DNA from: an uncultured Sphaerobacteraceae bacterium
Lineage (GTDB): Bacteria > Chloroflexota > Chloroflexia > Thermomicrobiales > UBA6265
DNA length: 64,000 nt
Assembly: GCA_964461025.1 (NCBI GenBank)
Contig: CAYWSE010000006.1
Span: 9,013 to 73,012 of the forward strand
Direction of reading: 5' to 3'
This document shows positions 54,297 to 62,541 of the stretch, one piece after another (position 1 is the stretch's first letter; every line of letters begins with the position of its first letter). Below the pieces are notes generated by a model. It had not been told where the DNA came from. It made no database searches and saw only the letters and a list, made by a program, of their open reading frames with translations. A program made the translations under genes and the position numbers.

Positions 54297-54865
54297 GATC
54301 GTGCTCGCTTCTCGCTTGCGACGTCGGTGGATGGACCGTCATCTGGCCGCAAAATCGTCCGCAGCGACTGCATCGCCCGGAACTGCAGCATCTTCACCGC
54401 GGCCGGGCTTCGTCCCTTCGCATCGGCGATCTCCGGACCACTCAGCCCTGCCAGTCGCAGCTGGATCACCTCCTGCTGATCGGGCGTGAGCTGGGTGATC
54501 GCCGCCTGCAACGTCTGCTGCTCCTCTCGCTGCACGGCGATTTCGTGCGGCGACGCTTCCCGTGCCGGAACGTCGAATGCCTCGTCGATCGACCGCGCCG
54601 GGGGCCGCGCGCTCTGACTCCGGTAGTGATTGGCGACCGTGTTGTGGGCGATCGTGAAGAGCCACGCCCGCTCCGCCGCAGCATCCGCCGGCGGCCAGGC
54701 CGCGAACGCCCGCGCAAACACCGTCGCCGCGGCATCCTCCGCCTCCGCCGCGTTACTGATCCGCACCCGGCAATACCGCAGAATCGCCTCGGCATACGCT
54801 TCGTAAAACGCAGCGAACGCCGGCTGCGCCGCGGCAGGTGAGGGGGCGGCTCTCCGCAGTTTCAT
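54293..54865 (-). CDS. ECF-type sigma-70 family RNA polymerase sigma factor
   Basis: Start at ATG 54865. Region 2 is RAWLFTIAHNTVANHYR. Region 4 is LTPDQQEVIQLRLAGLSGPEIA. 4-nt overlap with the anti-sigma gene. Confidence 0.88.
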   Translation of the reverse strand: MKLRRAAPSPAAAQPAFAAFYEAYAEAILRYCRVRISNAAEAEDAAATVFARAFAAWPPADAAAERAWLFTIAHNTVANHYRSQSARPPARSIDEAFDVPAREASPHEIAVQREEQQTLQAAITQLTPDQQEVIQLRLAGLSGPEIADAKGRSPAAVKMLQFRAMQSLRTILRPDDGPSTDVASEKRARS

Positions 54866-55040
54866 GGACTGTTGGTGTGTTCTTGGAGATCTGGCATAGT
54901 CCTCCAGCACGCCAATGGAAAGCGTCGTCACATTCTGCTCTCCACGCCGCCGCACTCGCGCGCCGCGTCATGCAGGAAGACACAACCCCAATCCCAAAGG
55001 TAACGCGAGAAGCGATACGCGCCTTTAGGCGTTCTGCAGA

Positions 55041-55066
55041 TGTAGGGATACCCCTCGTGGGTATCC
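55041..55066 (+). repeat. GTAGGG-headed hairpin
   Basis: tgtagggatacccctcgtgggtatcc contains the stem ggatacc/ggtatcc. A related copy, tgtaggggtgcctctcgtgggtac, lies at 24024-24047 and is followed by tattttct. Confidence 0.5.
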
Positions 55067-55165
55067 TCGTCACCCGCAACCATCGCCGCGGAGAACACCG
55101 ATGCTCGAAGCATCGTCGTTGTGATTGAAAGCCTTCGCCGGAAATACCGGCAGGTGCGAGCCCGA

Positions 55166-55207
55166 CCCCTACGATCTACGGCTTACGACCTACGCTCTAC
55201 GCCCCCA
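55166..55207 (+). repeat. Five to six heptanucleotide repeats with unit GNNYTAC
   Basis: cccctac gatctac ggcttac gacctac gctctac gccccca, abutting and overlapping the stop of the minus-strand JAMM gene. Confidence 0.75.
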
Positions 55208-55604
55208 GAACCTCGACCTCCCCAATCTCCCCGTCCACAATCGTGAACGCGCGAAGATAGGGCTCGTCCGGCCGCTCCAGCGAGCATATGACATAATACG
55301 AATCTGGGTAAAAGGCGTTCGCCACGTCGGTCTGAGAAGGGTAGGCAGGCGTTTCCGGGTGGGAGTGGTAGATGACGACCGGATCCTCGTCCCGCTCCGT
55401 CAGCTCCCGCGTCAGCAGGTAGAGCTCGGTGTCGTCGATCAGGTAGAGACGGTTCCCCTCGGCCACATTCGTCAACCGGTGAAAAGTGGTAAGCGTGCCA
55501 TCCCCTTTGCCGGCAATGACCCCGCAACATTCGCGCGGCGTCTCGTCCCGGGCATGCTGATAGATCGCCTCGCGATGCTCCTCGCTCAGCCGCAACGGTT
55601 TCAC
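55197..55604 (-). CDS. mec: JAMM/MPN+ metalloprotease (Mec-like, sulfur-carrier-protein hydrolase)
   Basis: Motif EC.G near the N-terminus and HSHPETPAYPSQTD (JAMM H.H.......S..D). The GTG start overlaps the cysO stop (GTGA). Confidence 0.88.
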   Translation of the reverse strand: MKPLRLSEEHREAIYQHARDETPRECCGVIAGKGDGTLTTFHRLTNVAEGNRLYLIDDTELYLLTRELTERDEDPVVIYHSHPETPAYPSQTDVANAFYPDSYYVICSLERPDEPYLRAFTIVDGEIGEVEVLGA

Positions 55605-55897
55605 GCCACCGAGCCGCCCGCCATCGCCGGAACGATGCCGACCTCGTCTCCCTCGTTCACCGCCGTCGCCGCGCCGGCCAGTTTCCGGACATTCTGCCCA
55701 TTCACGAAGACGTTCACGAACCGGCGAATCTCGCCATCTTCCTCGACGATCTTGTCCCGGATGCCCGGATACGTTGCCTCCAGCTGGTCGATCAGTTCAC
55801 CGACCGTCGCGCCGCCGCTGTTGACTTTCGCTTCTCCACCGGTAAACCGGCGCAATGGCGCCGGAATCAATACGGTGACCGTTCCTGTCGTTGACAT
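55601..55897 (-). CDS. cysO: ThiS/MoaD-family sulfur carrier protein (CysO-like) with a three-residue extension after the Gly-Gly
   Basis: VTVLIPAPLRRFTGG...FVNVFVNGQNV...GDEVGIVPAMAGGSVA. Colinear with my recollection of mycobacterial CysO, which ends in AVAGG. Confidence 0.85.
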   Translation of the reverse strand: MSTTGTVTVLIPAPLRRFTGGEAKVNSGGATVGELIDQLEATYPGIRDKIVEEDGEIRRFVNVFVNGQNVRKLAGAATAVNEGDEVGIVPAMAGGSVA

Positions 55898-55909
55898 CTG
55901 TTCCTCTCA

Positions 55910-56022
55910 GATAGTTGATAGTAGAGAGTTGCTAGTTCATGGTTCATGGCAACTCGATCTTTCGGCTCGACTTCTCTCAACCACGAACCATCTACCATCA
56001 ACTATGTACTATGATCCATCCC
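55910..56022. repeat. Two heptamer arrays in inverted orientation, filling the cysM-cysO intergenic gap
   Basis: Left arm, 55910-55951: gatagtt gatagta gagagtt gctagtt catggtt catggca. Right arm, 55981-56022: ccacgaa ccatcta ccatcaa ctatgta ctatgat ccatccc. The arms are imperfect reverse complements. Confidence 0.8.
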
Positions 56023-56023
56023 C

Positions 56024-57007
56024 TCAACTCCACAACTCCGTGGAAAGATACTTCGCCCCACCATCCGGCGCGAGCGCCACAATCACCGCCGGTTCACCCG
56101 TAGCGGCGGCATCCCGGGCCACCCTCACCGCGCCGGCCAGTGCCGCCCCGGTCGACGTCCCCGCGAACAACCCTTCCACCAGCGCCAGCTCCCGGGCGAA
56201 GGCGTACGCGTCTTCGGTATCGACTCCGAACTGAACGTCGGGGACCGTCGCGTCATAGATCGGCGGCACGATCGCCGTCGGCAGATGCTTTAAACCCTCG
56301 ATGCCGTGAAACGACTCCGCCGGTTGAACCGCCACCAGTGACAGATCCGCTCGCTGCCGTTTCAGATAGCCGCCAGCGCCCATCATCGTCCCGGTCGTTC
56401 CCAGTCCGGCTACGAAATGGGTAATCCGGCCATTGGTCTGATTCCAGATTTCCGGACCGGTCGTCGCAAAATGCGCCGCCACATTGCAGGGATTGCTGTA
56501 TTGATCGGCGTAGTAGTACCGGTCCGGATTCTCGGCAAAAAGCCGCCGCGCGTGCATAATCGCGCCATTCGAGCCCTCGAATGGATCGCTCGGCACAACA
56601 GTCGCGCCGTACGCTCGCAGAATCGACTTTCGCTCGTCAGAAGCGTTGTCGGGCAACACCAGCTCGACCGGAAAGCCCATCGCCGCGCCCAGCATCGCGT
56701 AGGCGATGCCGGTGTTGCCCGAGGTGCTGTCCAGGAGCGTCTTCCCGTTTCGCAAAGCGCCGCTCGACAGGGCGTGACGCACAATCGCCAGCGCCGGCCG
56801 GTCTTTCACCGACCCACCCGGATTCGCCCACTCGGCTTTCAGCCATAGTTCGACATTGCGAGGCAGCTCCAACCGCTCGGCGAACCGTCGCAATTCCAGA
56901 AGTGGCGTGTTTCCGATCGCCAGCACCGCCGCTGGTTCGTCATCGCGACTGCCAAAAACCCGCCCCGATGGAACCGAGTACAAAGTGGAGCGAATGTCGA
57001 GTGCCAT
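56024..57007 (-). CDS. cysM: Cysteine synthase, CysM-type (PLP-dependent, fold type II)
   Basis: PLP-lysine block NPGGSVKDRPA and the TSGNTGIA loop. Immediately upstream of cysO and mec on the same strand. Confidence 0.9.
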   Translation of the reverse strand: MALDIRSTLYSVPSGRVFGSRDDEPAAVLAIGNTPLLELRRFAERLELPRNVELWLKAEWANPGGSVKDRPALAIVRHALSSGALRNGKTLLDSTSGNTGIAYAMLGAAMGFPVELVLPDNASDERKSILRAYGATVVPSDPFEGSNGAIMHARRLFAENPDRYYYADQYSNPCNVAAHFATTGPEIWNQTNGRITHFVAGLGTTGTMMGAGGYLKRQRADLSLVAVQPAESFHGIEGLKHLPTAIVPPIYDATVPDVQFGVDTEDAYAFARELALVEGLFAGTSTGAALAGAVRVARDAAATGEPAVIVALAPDGGAKYLSTELWS

Positions 57008-57136
57008 AGCGTTGCCGAACCTGATCGAGGTGTTGCGCCGAACTCAAAGCTGAGTTCATCATCAACAACATAACTATGGCCTCGGAAGCAAACCCCGTCA
57101 AGCGACTACCCAACGAATGATTCGAATTTGCAGCTC

Positions 57137-57371
57137 AATCCCGTGATTGAAATCACTCTCTCAGTGAGAAGAACCGGCTAATGAATGTTGTCGAGCTGAT
57201 CGGATCACGTGCCGTTCTCCCTTTCCCCCGCGTCAACAACCTTCTGGGCAACACGTCTGTCCAGCGGGGGAAAGGGCGGGGGATAGGGGGTTGTCGGCCC
57301 ATCCGCGTCAAGTTGTCAACGCTCCTCAGCAGGTTTCAGTCACCCAGCCCCTGATTTCCAATCGCGGTCGG
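57137..57371. repeat. MITE-like element, copy 2 (core 57214-57336) with recognisable terminal inverted repeats
   Basis: The reverse complement of the left end 57141-57185 (tcattagccggttcttctcactgagagagtgatttcaatcacggg) matches the right end of copy 1 (tcattagcaggttttgctcactgagaccgtgatttcgatcacgggg). The core is about 88 percent identical to 17787-17910. Confidence 0.75.
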
Positions 57372-57493
57372 CCCAGGTGAGCGCCCACGACCTCGTACCG
57401 AGCTCCAACACTCCCCCGCGCGACCAACCACGTCCAGCACACGGCCTGATCCGACGCTCACATATCCCCGAACTTCGAACTCCGGACTACAAT

Positions 57494-57549
57494 CCCATTG
57501 CCCATTGCCCATTGCCCATTGCCTCTTACCTATCGCCCAGTTTCACCAC
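57494..57549 (+). repeat. Eight heptanucleotide repeats (cccattg x4 and variants)
   Basis: cccattg cccattg cccattg cccattg cctctta cctatcg cccagtt tcaccac, abutting the stop of the minus-strand anti-sigma gene (57543). Confidence 0.85.
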
Positions 57550-58292
57550 GTCTCAAAATGACACGTCAGAATCGGATCGCTTGTCGGCGCCGGCATCCCC
57601 ATCGGTCCCGGTTCCATCGTTATCGCCAGCATTTCGAAATCTTCCGGATTCGCGGCAACCGCGATCGGCGACTTCGCCTTCGTCATGATGCCGGCCGGCA
57701 CCGCCTCACCGGACGACCCGACCATCCAGACCTGATACACCTCGTCGGTCGAAAGTTCCGGCGCCTCAGTCAGCCAGACCTTGATCACGCCGGCATCTTC
57801 CATCCACATCGCCGCGGCGCCGGCATCGACGTCGTCCGCCATCGGTTCGAAGGCGACCGTCACCGGTTCGGGTTGCTCGGCATCCTCTCGCAGACTGAAA
57901 TTCCAGACCAGCAACCCGATCGACAACAACAGCATCGCCGCTGCCGCCACCCAGGGAAGGAGCGACTGCCATCGCCGCCGTTCGCTGAGCTGAACCACCG
58001 TCGCCGGGGCGGACGCTGATTCCGTGGTCGAGGTAACAGACACATTCGACTCACGTTCCACCGCCGCCAGAATCGCCACACGAAGCTCGGCAGGCGGCTC
58101 GCGTTCCTCCACCGACAGCGGCAACACGTCGACCACCGCGCGTAGATCCGCGACCTCCGCCCGGCAGCTTTCGCACTCCTCGAGGTGTGTTTCGATGGCA
58201 GCCAGCTCTTCAGGAGTCACCGCCGCCAGCGCATACGCGCCGAGCAGTTCCCGATACATGCGGTGTTCCTGATCGCTGATACCCGGTTTCAC
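57543..58292 (-). CDS. Anti-sigma factor, zf-HC2 N-terminus with RskA-type extracytoplasmic C-terminal domain
   Basis: HLEECESCRAEV (H...C..C), one TM (LLPWVAAAAMLLLSIGLLVW), and a C-terminal block YQVWMV...A.PAG. Confidence 0.85.
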   Translation of the reverse strand: MKPGISDQEHRMYRELLGAYALAAVTPEELAAIETHLEECESCRAEVADLRAVVDVLPLSVEEREPPAELRVAILAAVERESNVSVTSTTESASAPATVVQLSERRRWQSLLPWVAAAAMLLLSIGLLVWNFSLREDAEQPEPVTVAFEPMADDVDAGAAAMWMEDAGVIKVWLTEAPELSTDEVYQVWMVGSSGEAVPAGIMTKAKSPIAVAANPEDFEMLAITMEPGPMGMPAPTSDPILTCHFETW

Positions 58293-58933
58293 GCCGAACT
58301 ACTCCATGTCTCCGGCAACTCGGTGCCAGTCGCCCCTTGACTGGTGCCGTAATGTGCGCTCAGGCTCTCCTGCAACTTGTGCAATCCGAGCCGCAATCGT
58401 CCTTTCACCGTGCCAAGCGGCAATCCATACCGCTCTGCAATCTCTCGATGGGTCAATCCTTCAAAATACGCCAGCTCGATCGCCATTCGCTGATCGTCTG
58501 GCAGTTCGCGAATCGCCTGCCGAATAACCGAGCTGTCGAGCGAGGTCAACACCTCGGCGACCGGATCGTCAGCTCCCGGGAACGGCGCGTCGGCGTCGAG
58601 CTCGACCTCCTTCGCGCCATACCGGTTGCGGCGGCGTACCGCATCGATTGCCACATTGCGCACGATCGTCAGCAGCCACGCTCTCACCCCCGCGCCGCGG
58701 TTCGGATCGAACGTATTCGCCTTCTTCCAAAGAGTCAGAAACGCATCCTGCACCGCTTCTTCCGCCGCTGGTCCATCACCAAGCACCCGGTACGCCACGC
58801 TGTAGGCGAGACGCCCATGCCGGTCATAGAGCGTTGCCAGCGCATCAGGATTTCCCCGCGCCACCTCCAGAACCAGCAGATTGTCGTTCCGCTCAGCCAC
58901 GCGCCCCCATCCTGACCACACAACGACAGACAT
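58289..58933 (-). CDS. ECF-type sigma-70 family sigma factor (SigK-like)
   Basis: Region 2 is RAWLLTIVRNVAIDAVRRR. Region 4 is LPDDQRMAIELAYFEGLTHREIAERYGLPLGTVKGRLR. 4-nt overlap with the anti-sigma gene. The start could instead be GTG at 58900. Confidence 0.88.
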   Translation of the reverse strand: MSVVVWSGWGRVAERNDNLLVLEVARGNPDALATLYDRHGRLAYSVAYRVLGDGPAAEEAVQDAFLTLWKKANTFDPNRGAGVRAWLLTIVRNVAIDAVRRRNRYGAKEVELDADAPFPGADDPVAEVLTSLDSSVIRQAIRELPDDQRMAIELAYFEGLTHREIAERYGLPLGTVKGRLRLGLHKLQESLSAHYGTSQGATGTELPETWSSSA

Positions 58934-58945
58934 GGTGCGAATGGA

Positions 58946-59974
58946 TCAATTGTGCACCAACAGCCGTTGCGTCAGCACTTCGTTTCGACTCAGTCCATCA
59001 ACGTCTTTCCAGTGCCGTGATTTCTTCGCCAGCCCGCTCAACTCCCCCGACCTGAATGCCTCGAACACGTCCGGGTGGATATACGACGACCGGCACACCG
59101 CCCGCGTGTTTCCCAGACATTTCGCCGTTTCGTCGACCGCTTCGACAATCGTCCGATTCGCTGCCGCCTCTGATTCCGGCGCCTCCCGGCTGGCCAATGC
59201 CTCCACCGCCAGGACGGTCCCAGCCCAGGTCCGAAAGTCCTTGGCGCTGAACGAATCGCCGGCGATCTCCCGCAAATACGTGTTCACATCAGACGACTCG
59301 ATCCTGTCCTGTTCCCCGTTGTCGTCAACGTATTGAAAAAGCGTCTGGCCCGGTAGGTCGCGGACCTGCTTCACAATTCTGGCCATCTGCTGATCGTGCA
59401 AAGCAAAATGGTGCTCTTTGCCGCTTTTGCCGGTGAAGCTGAAGCGCAGACTCGATCCGTCGATCTCCACGTGCCTGTCCTGCAGTGTGGTGATGCCAAA
59501 TGACTCGTTTTCTCGTGCGTATGCCTCATTGCCGATTCGCATCCAGGTGAGATCGAGCAGCCGGACGATCGCCGCCAGCACTTTCTCTCGCGGCAAACCC
59601 TGCTTGCGCAAGTCGGATTTCACGCGATCCCGAATCAATGGCAGACTCGCCGCGAAGTCAGTCAATCGGTCGAACTTCTTCTCATCCTGCCTCGCTCGCC
59701 AGTCCGGGTGATAGCGGTATTGCTTTCTCCCCCGCGCGTCACGGCCGGTCGCCTGCAGGTGCCCGTTCGGCGACGGCGAAATCCAGACATCAGTCCACGC
59801 CGGCGGGGTGGCGATCCCGCGAATCCGTTCGAGCGTTCGCTCGTCACGGACTGGGGCTCCGTCGGGTTGGATGTACTGGAACCCCTTTCCCCGTTTCCGG
59901 CGTCGTATTCCTGGCACATCGTCGGTGAGATATCGGACGCCATCGACATCCTCGCGATCGCGCTCCGCCGTCAT
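58946..59974 (-). CDS. DNA topoisomerase IB (poxvirus-type bacterial TopIB)
   Basis: N-terminal GFQYI..DG..V......RI....PPAW.DVWI, LQATGRDARGRKQYRYH, and a C-terminal YIHP catalytic-Tyr region. Confidence 0.85.
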   Translation of the reverse strand: MTAERDREDVDGVRYLTDDVPGIRRRKRGKGFQYIQPDGAPVRDERTLERIRGIATPPAWTDVWISPSPNGHLQATGRDARGRKQYRYHPDWRARQDEKKFDRLTDFAASLPLIRDRVKSDLRKQGLPREKVLAAIVRLLDLTWMRIGNEAYARENESFGITTLQDRHVEIDGSSLRFSFTGKSGKEHHFALHDQQMARIVKQVRDLPGQTLFQYVDDNGEQDRIESSDVNTYLREIAGDSFSAKDFRTWAGTVLAVEALASREAPESEAAANRTIVEAVDETAKCLGNTRAVCRSSYIHPDVFEAFRSGELSGLAKKSRHWKDVDGLSRNEVLTQRLLVHN

Positions 59975-60235
59975 AGGCCGTCCGGGGAGAGCGCTCGATC
60001 GGCATTCCTCAACACGTATCAGCCTTCATCATGTGTCGCAATGGTGGATTGTCATCTTCAATCACCGCCAAACATGTGCATACCAGATGCCAAAACACAA
60101 CCTCGCGCTGGAACCAGTCCAACCCATGGAATTGTCACATTCCTGAACGTCCGCGATACGCGTTCTTGAGGCGAAGCGTTATTGAATATGAAGGGGAAAT
60201 GACCAGCAAAGTGCGTGGTAGGCAAGGAGTGAGTC

Positions 60236-61501
60236 ATGAGCGCCGGATTCGGTGTGGGTCATGTGCGTGTCTCGCGAATCGGTGTTCTCGCAATTGTCGT
60301 TGCGCTCCTGGCGCCAATGATAATTGGGTTGAATGCGCCGAATGCTCTGCAAAGCAGATCGGCATTCGCCGCTGAGACTTTTGCCATCGGATCGGTCGTT
60401 GCCGTCAACGATCCCCAACTCTACCTTCGCTCCGACCCTGGCTTTTCCAGCACCGTGCTTGCCCGTATGGCGCTCGGCACCCGTGGGACCGTTCTCGCTG
60501 GCCCCGTCTGGGCAAACAACATGCCCTGGTATCAAATCCGGACCTCGACCTACGGTACAGGTTGGGCGTCTGGCACCTACCTCAAGTTGATCAGTGCTCC
60601 ACCGGCGACGAGCACTCCGGCAACCGGCCACGCTATCGGCTCCACAGTCGAAGTCATCGATCCCAACCTCTACCTGCGCTCCGCGCCCGGTTTCAACAGC
60701 ACCGTGCTGGCGCGAATGGTGCTGGGCACGCGGGGAACGATCCTCGCCGGACCTACCTGGGCGAATGGCCATCCCTGGTATCAGATCCGCACCAGCGCCT
60801 ATGGAACCGGTTGGGCATCCGGGCGCTATCTCCGGGTTGCGGGGGCCAATCCCATCACATCCCCTCCCGTTGACGGGCTGAGTCGCGTCATCACCAAAGG
60901 CGTCAGTGGTCGCGCCGAAATCGCTATCACCATCGACGCTGGCTCAGACCGCGGTTGGGCCAAACAGATGCTCGACGTACTGAAAGCGAATGGCGTCAAG
61001 ATCACCTTCGGCATGACCGGCGCCTGGGCCTCTGCGAACCCCGATCTCGTCAAGCGAATGATCGAGGAGGGTCACCAGCTGATCAATCACACCTGGAGTC
61101 ACCCTTCCTTCACCGGCGTCTCCGCGTCACCTGCCCTGACCAACTCCTCCGCGCGAAAGAGCGAACTCACCCGCACCGCGGATTTCATCTACGAGCTGAC
61201 TGGTTACCGAATGACCCCCTACTGGCGACCACCCTACGGTGACATCAACACCTCCGTCCGAAAAGATGCCTACGACGCGGGCTACTGGCAAACCGTCATG
61301 TGGTCGATCGACTCGATGGGCTGGAACGGCGCCACTGTCAAACAGATCCTCAACTCCTGCGGATACAACGCCAAAGCCGGCGACATCATCCTCATGCACG
61401 TCGGCTACAGCTCGAACGACTACGCCGCCCTCAAAAGCCTCATCGACATCCTGACCAATCGCGGCTTCGCCCTCGTCACCATCGAAGAACTACTGCGGTA
61501 G
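60236..61501 (+). CDS. Secreted/anchored protein with two SH3b repeats and a NodB-type polysaccharide deacetylase domain
   Basis: Two LYLRS.PGF.STVLARM.LGTRGT.LAGP.WAN..PWYQIRTS.YGTGWASG.YL repeats, then ITIDAGSD, the INHTWSHP metal site, and ILMHV. Confidence 0.88.
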   Translation: MSAGFGVGHVRVSRIGVLAIVVALLAPMIIGLNAPNALQSRSAFAAETFAIGSVVAVNDPQLYLRSDPGFSSTVLARMALGTRGTVLAGPVWANNMPWYQIRTSTYGTGWASGTYLKLISAPPATSTPATGHAIGSTVEVIDPNLYLRSAPGFNSTVLARMVLGTRGTILAGPTWANGHPWYQIRTSAYGTGWASGRYLRVAGANPITSPPVDGLSRVITKGVSGRAEIAITIDAGSDRGWAKQMLDVLKANGVKITFGMTGAWASANPDLVKRMIEEGHQLINHTWSHPSFTGVSASPALTNSSARKSELTRTADFIYELTGYRMTPYWRPPYGDINTSVRKDAYDAGYWQTVMWSIDSMGWNGATVKQILNSCGYNAKAGDIILMHVGYSSNDYAALKSLIDILTNRGFALVTIEELLR

Positions 61502-61583
61502 GTTCATGCTTTTCGGTTTCTCGTCCCCTAACCACGCCGGTCCGCATTCCGGCGTGGTGACAGGCACGTGGCATGAAACTACC

Positions 61584-61768
61584 CGTAGCGTCGCCATTTA
61601 TGGCGACTGCCCGTGTGTGGTGCTCTCTTGCAAACGGAGCTTTCACCGTATGCGCCACGCCGGGCGTTCCGGCACCAGCGCGACATAAACAGGGAGCTGT
61701 CATTCCGAGCGGAACGGAGCGCCAGCGGAGTGGAGTCGAGGAATCTCCCGCCTCAGCGAGAAGCCACC
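61584..61768 (+). repeat. Composite dispersed element: GTAG palindrome box plus gtcattccgagcggaacgg...aatctcccgcc module
   Basis: Box cgtagcgtcgccatttatggcgac at 61584-61607 and module at 61699-61768. Same organisation as 62990-63166 and 8089-8210. Confidence 0.75.
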
Positions 61769-61911
61769 GGCGTTGTCGCTCGAATTCCTCTCGCACGTTC
61801 GCGGGATAAGCGTGTCTCCCGATGCAGTCGTAGCAGTCGGATCCCGAAACCAGCCCTCACGCGCCCGTGCTACCCTGTAGTTGTCGTTGAACGGGAATTG
61901 AGGTCAACGCG

Positions 61912-62466
61912 ATGACAGCCACAACACATTTAGTGACGGCAGAAGAACTGCTTCAGATGGGCAGCGATGCGCGCTACGAGCTGATCGAAGGAGTGCTGGT
62001 CGAAGTGTCGCCGTCGAGTGTCAAACCAGGACTGATTTCGATGCGGATCGGAAGCGCCATTTTCAACCATGCTGAGGCCCACGGCTTGGGATATGTCTCA
62101 ACAGCCGAAGCCGGATACATTCTCAATAAGAACCCCGACACTGTCGTGGCGCCGGACATCGCCTTTTTCCGATCAGACCGTTTTCCGGGCGGCTTCCCTG
62201 AACGTGGTTACTACCCGATGCCACCGGACTTGGCGGTTGAAGTGATCTCGCCGACAGACGAGCCAGGCGACATCAATCGCAAGAAGGGTCTCTACGCCAA
62301 AGCCAGCGTGCCCCTCGTTTGGTGGATCGATCCCGAAGCGCGCACGGTCACGGTCTACCGACCTGGTGAGCGCCCAGAAGTGTTCGATGAGTCGATGGCG
62401 CTCGATGGCGGTGATGTTTTGCCCGGTTTCTCGATTCCCGTCCAGCGCATTTTCGCGCTCAGGTAG
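61912..62466 (+). CDS. Uma2 family (DUF820) putative endonuclease
   Basis: Blocks YELIEGVL, PDIAFF and PDLAVEVISPTD, plus K..YA..(V)P..WWIDP....V.VYR. Confidence 0.85.
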   Translation: MTATTHLVTAEELLQMGSDARYELIEGVLVEVSPSSVKPGLISMRIGSAIFNHAEAHGLGYVSTAEAGYILNKNPDTVVAPDIAFFRSDRFPGGFPERGYYPMPPDLAVEVISPTDEPGDINRKKGLYAKASVPLVWWIDPEARTVTVYRPGERPEVFDESMALDGGDVLPGFSIPVQRIFALR

Positions 62467-62541
62467 CGAGAACCCGTCCAGCTCGAATATCATCGGCGAC
62501 CCGGACGCCCGGTCGAGCCGCCTGAACGAAGGATTCTTCAC

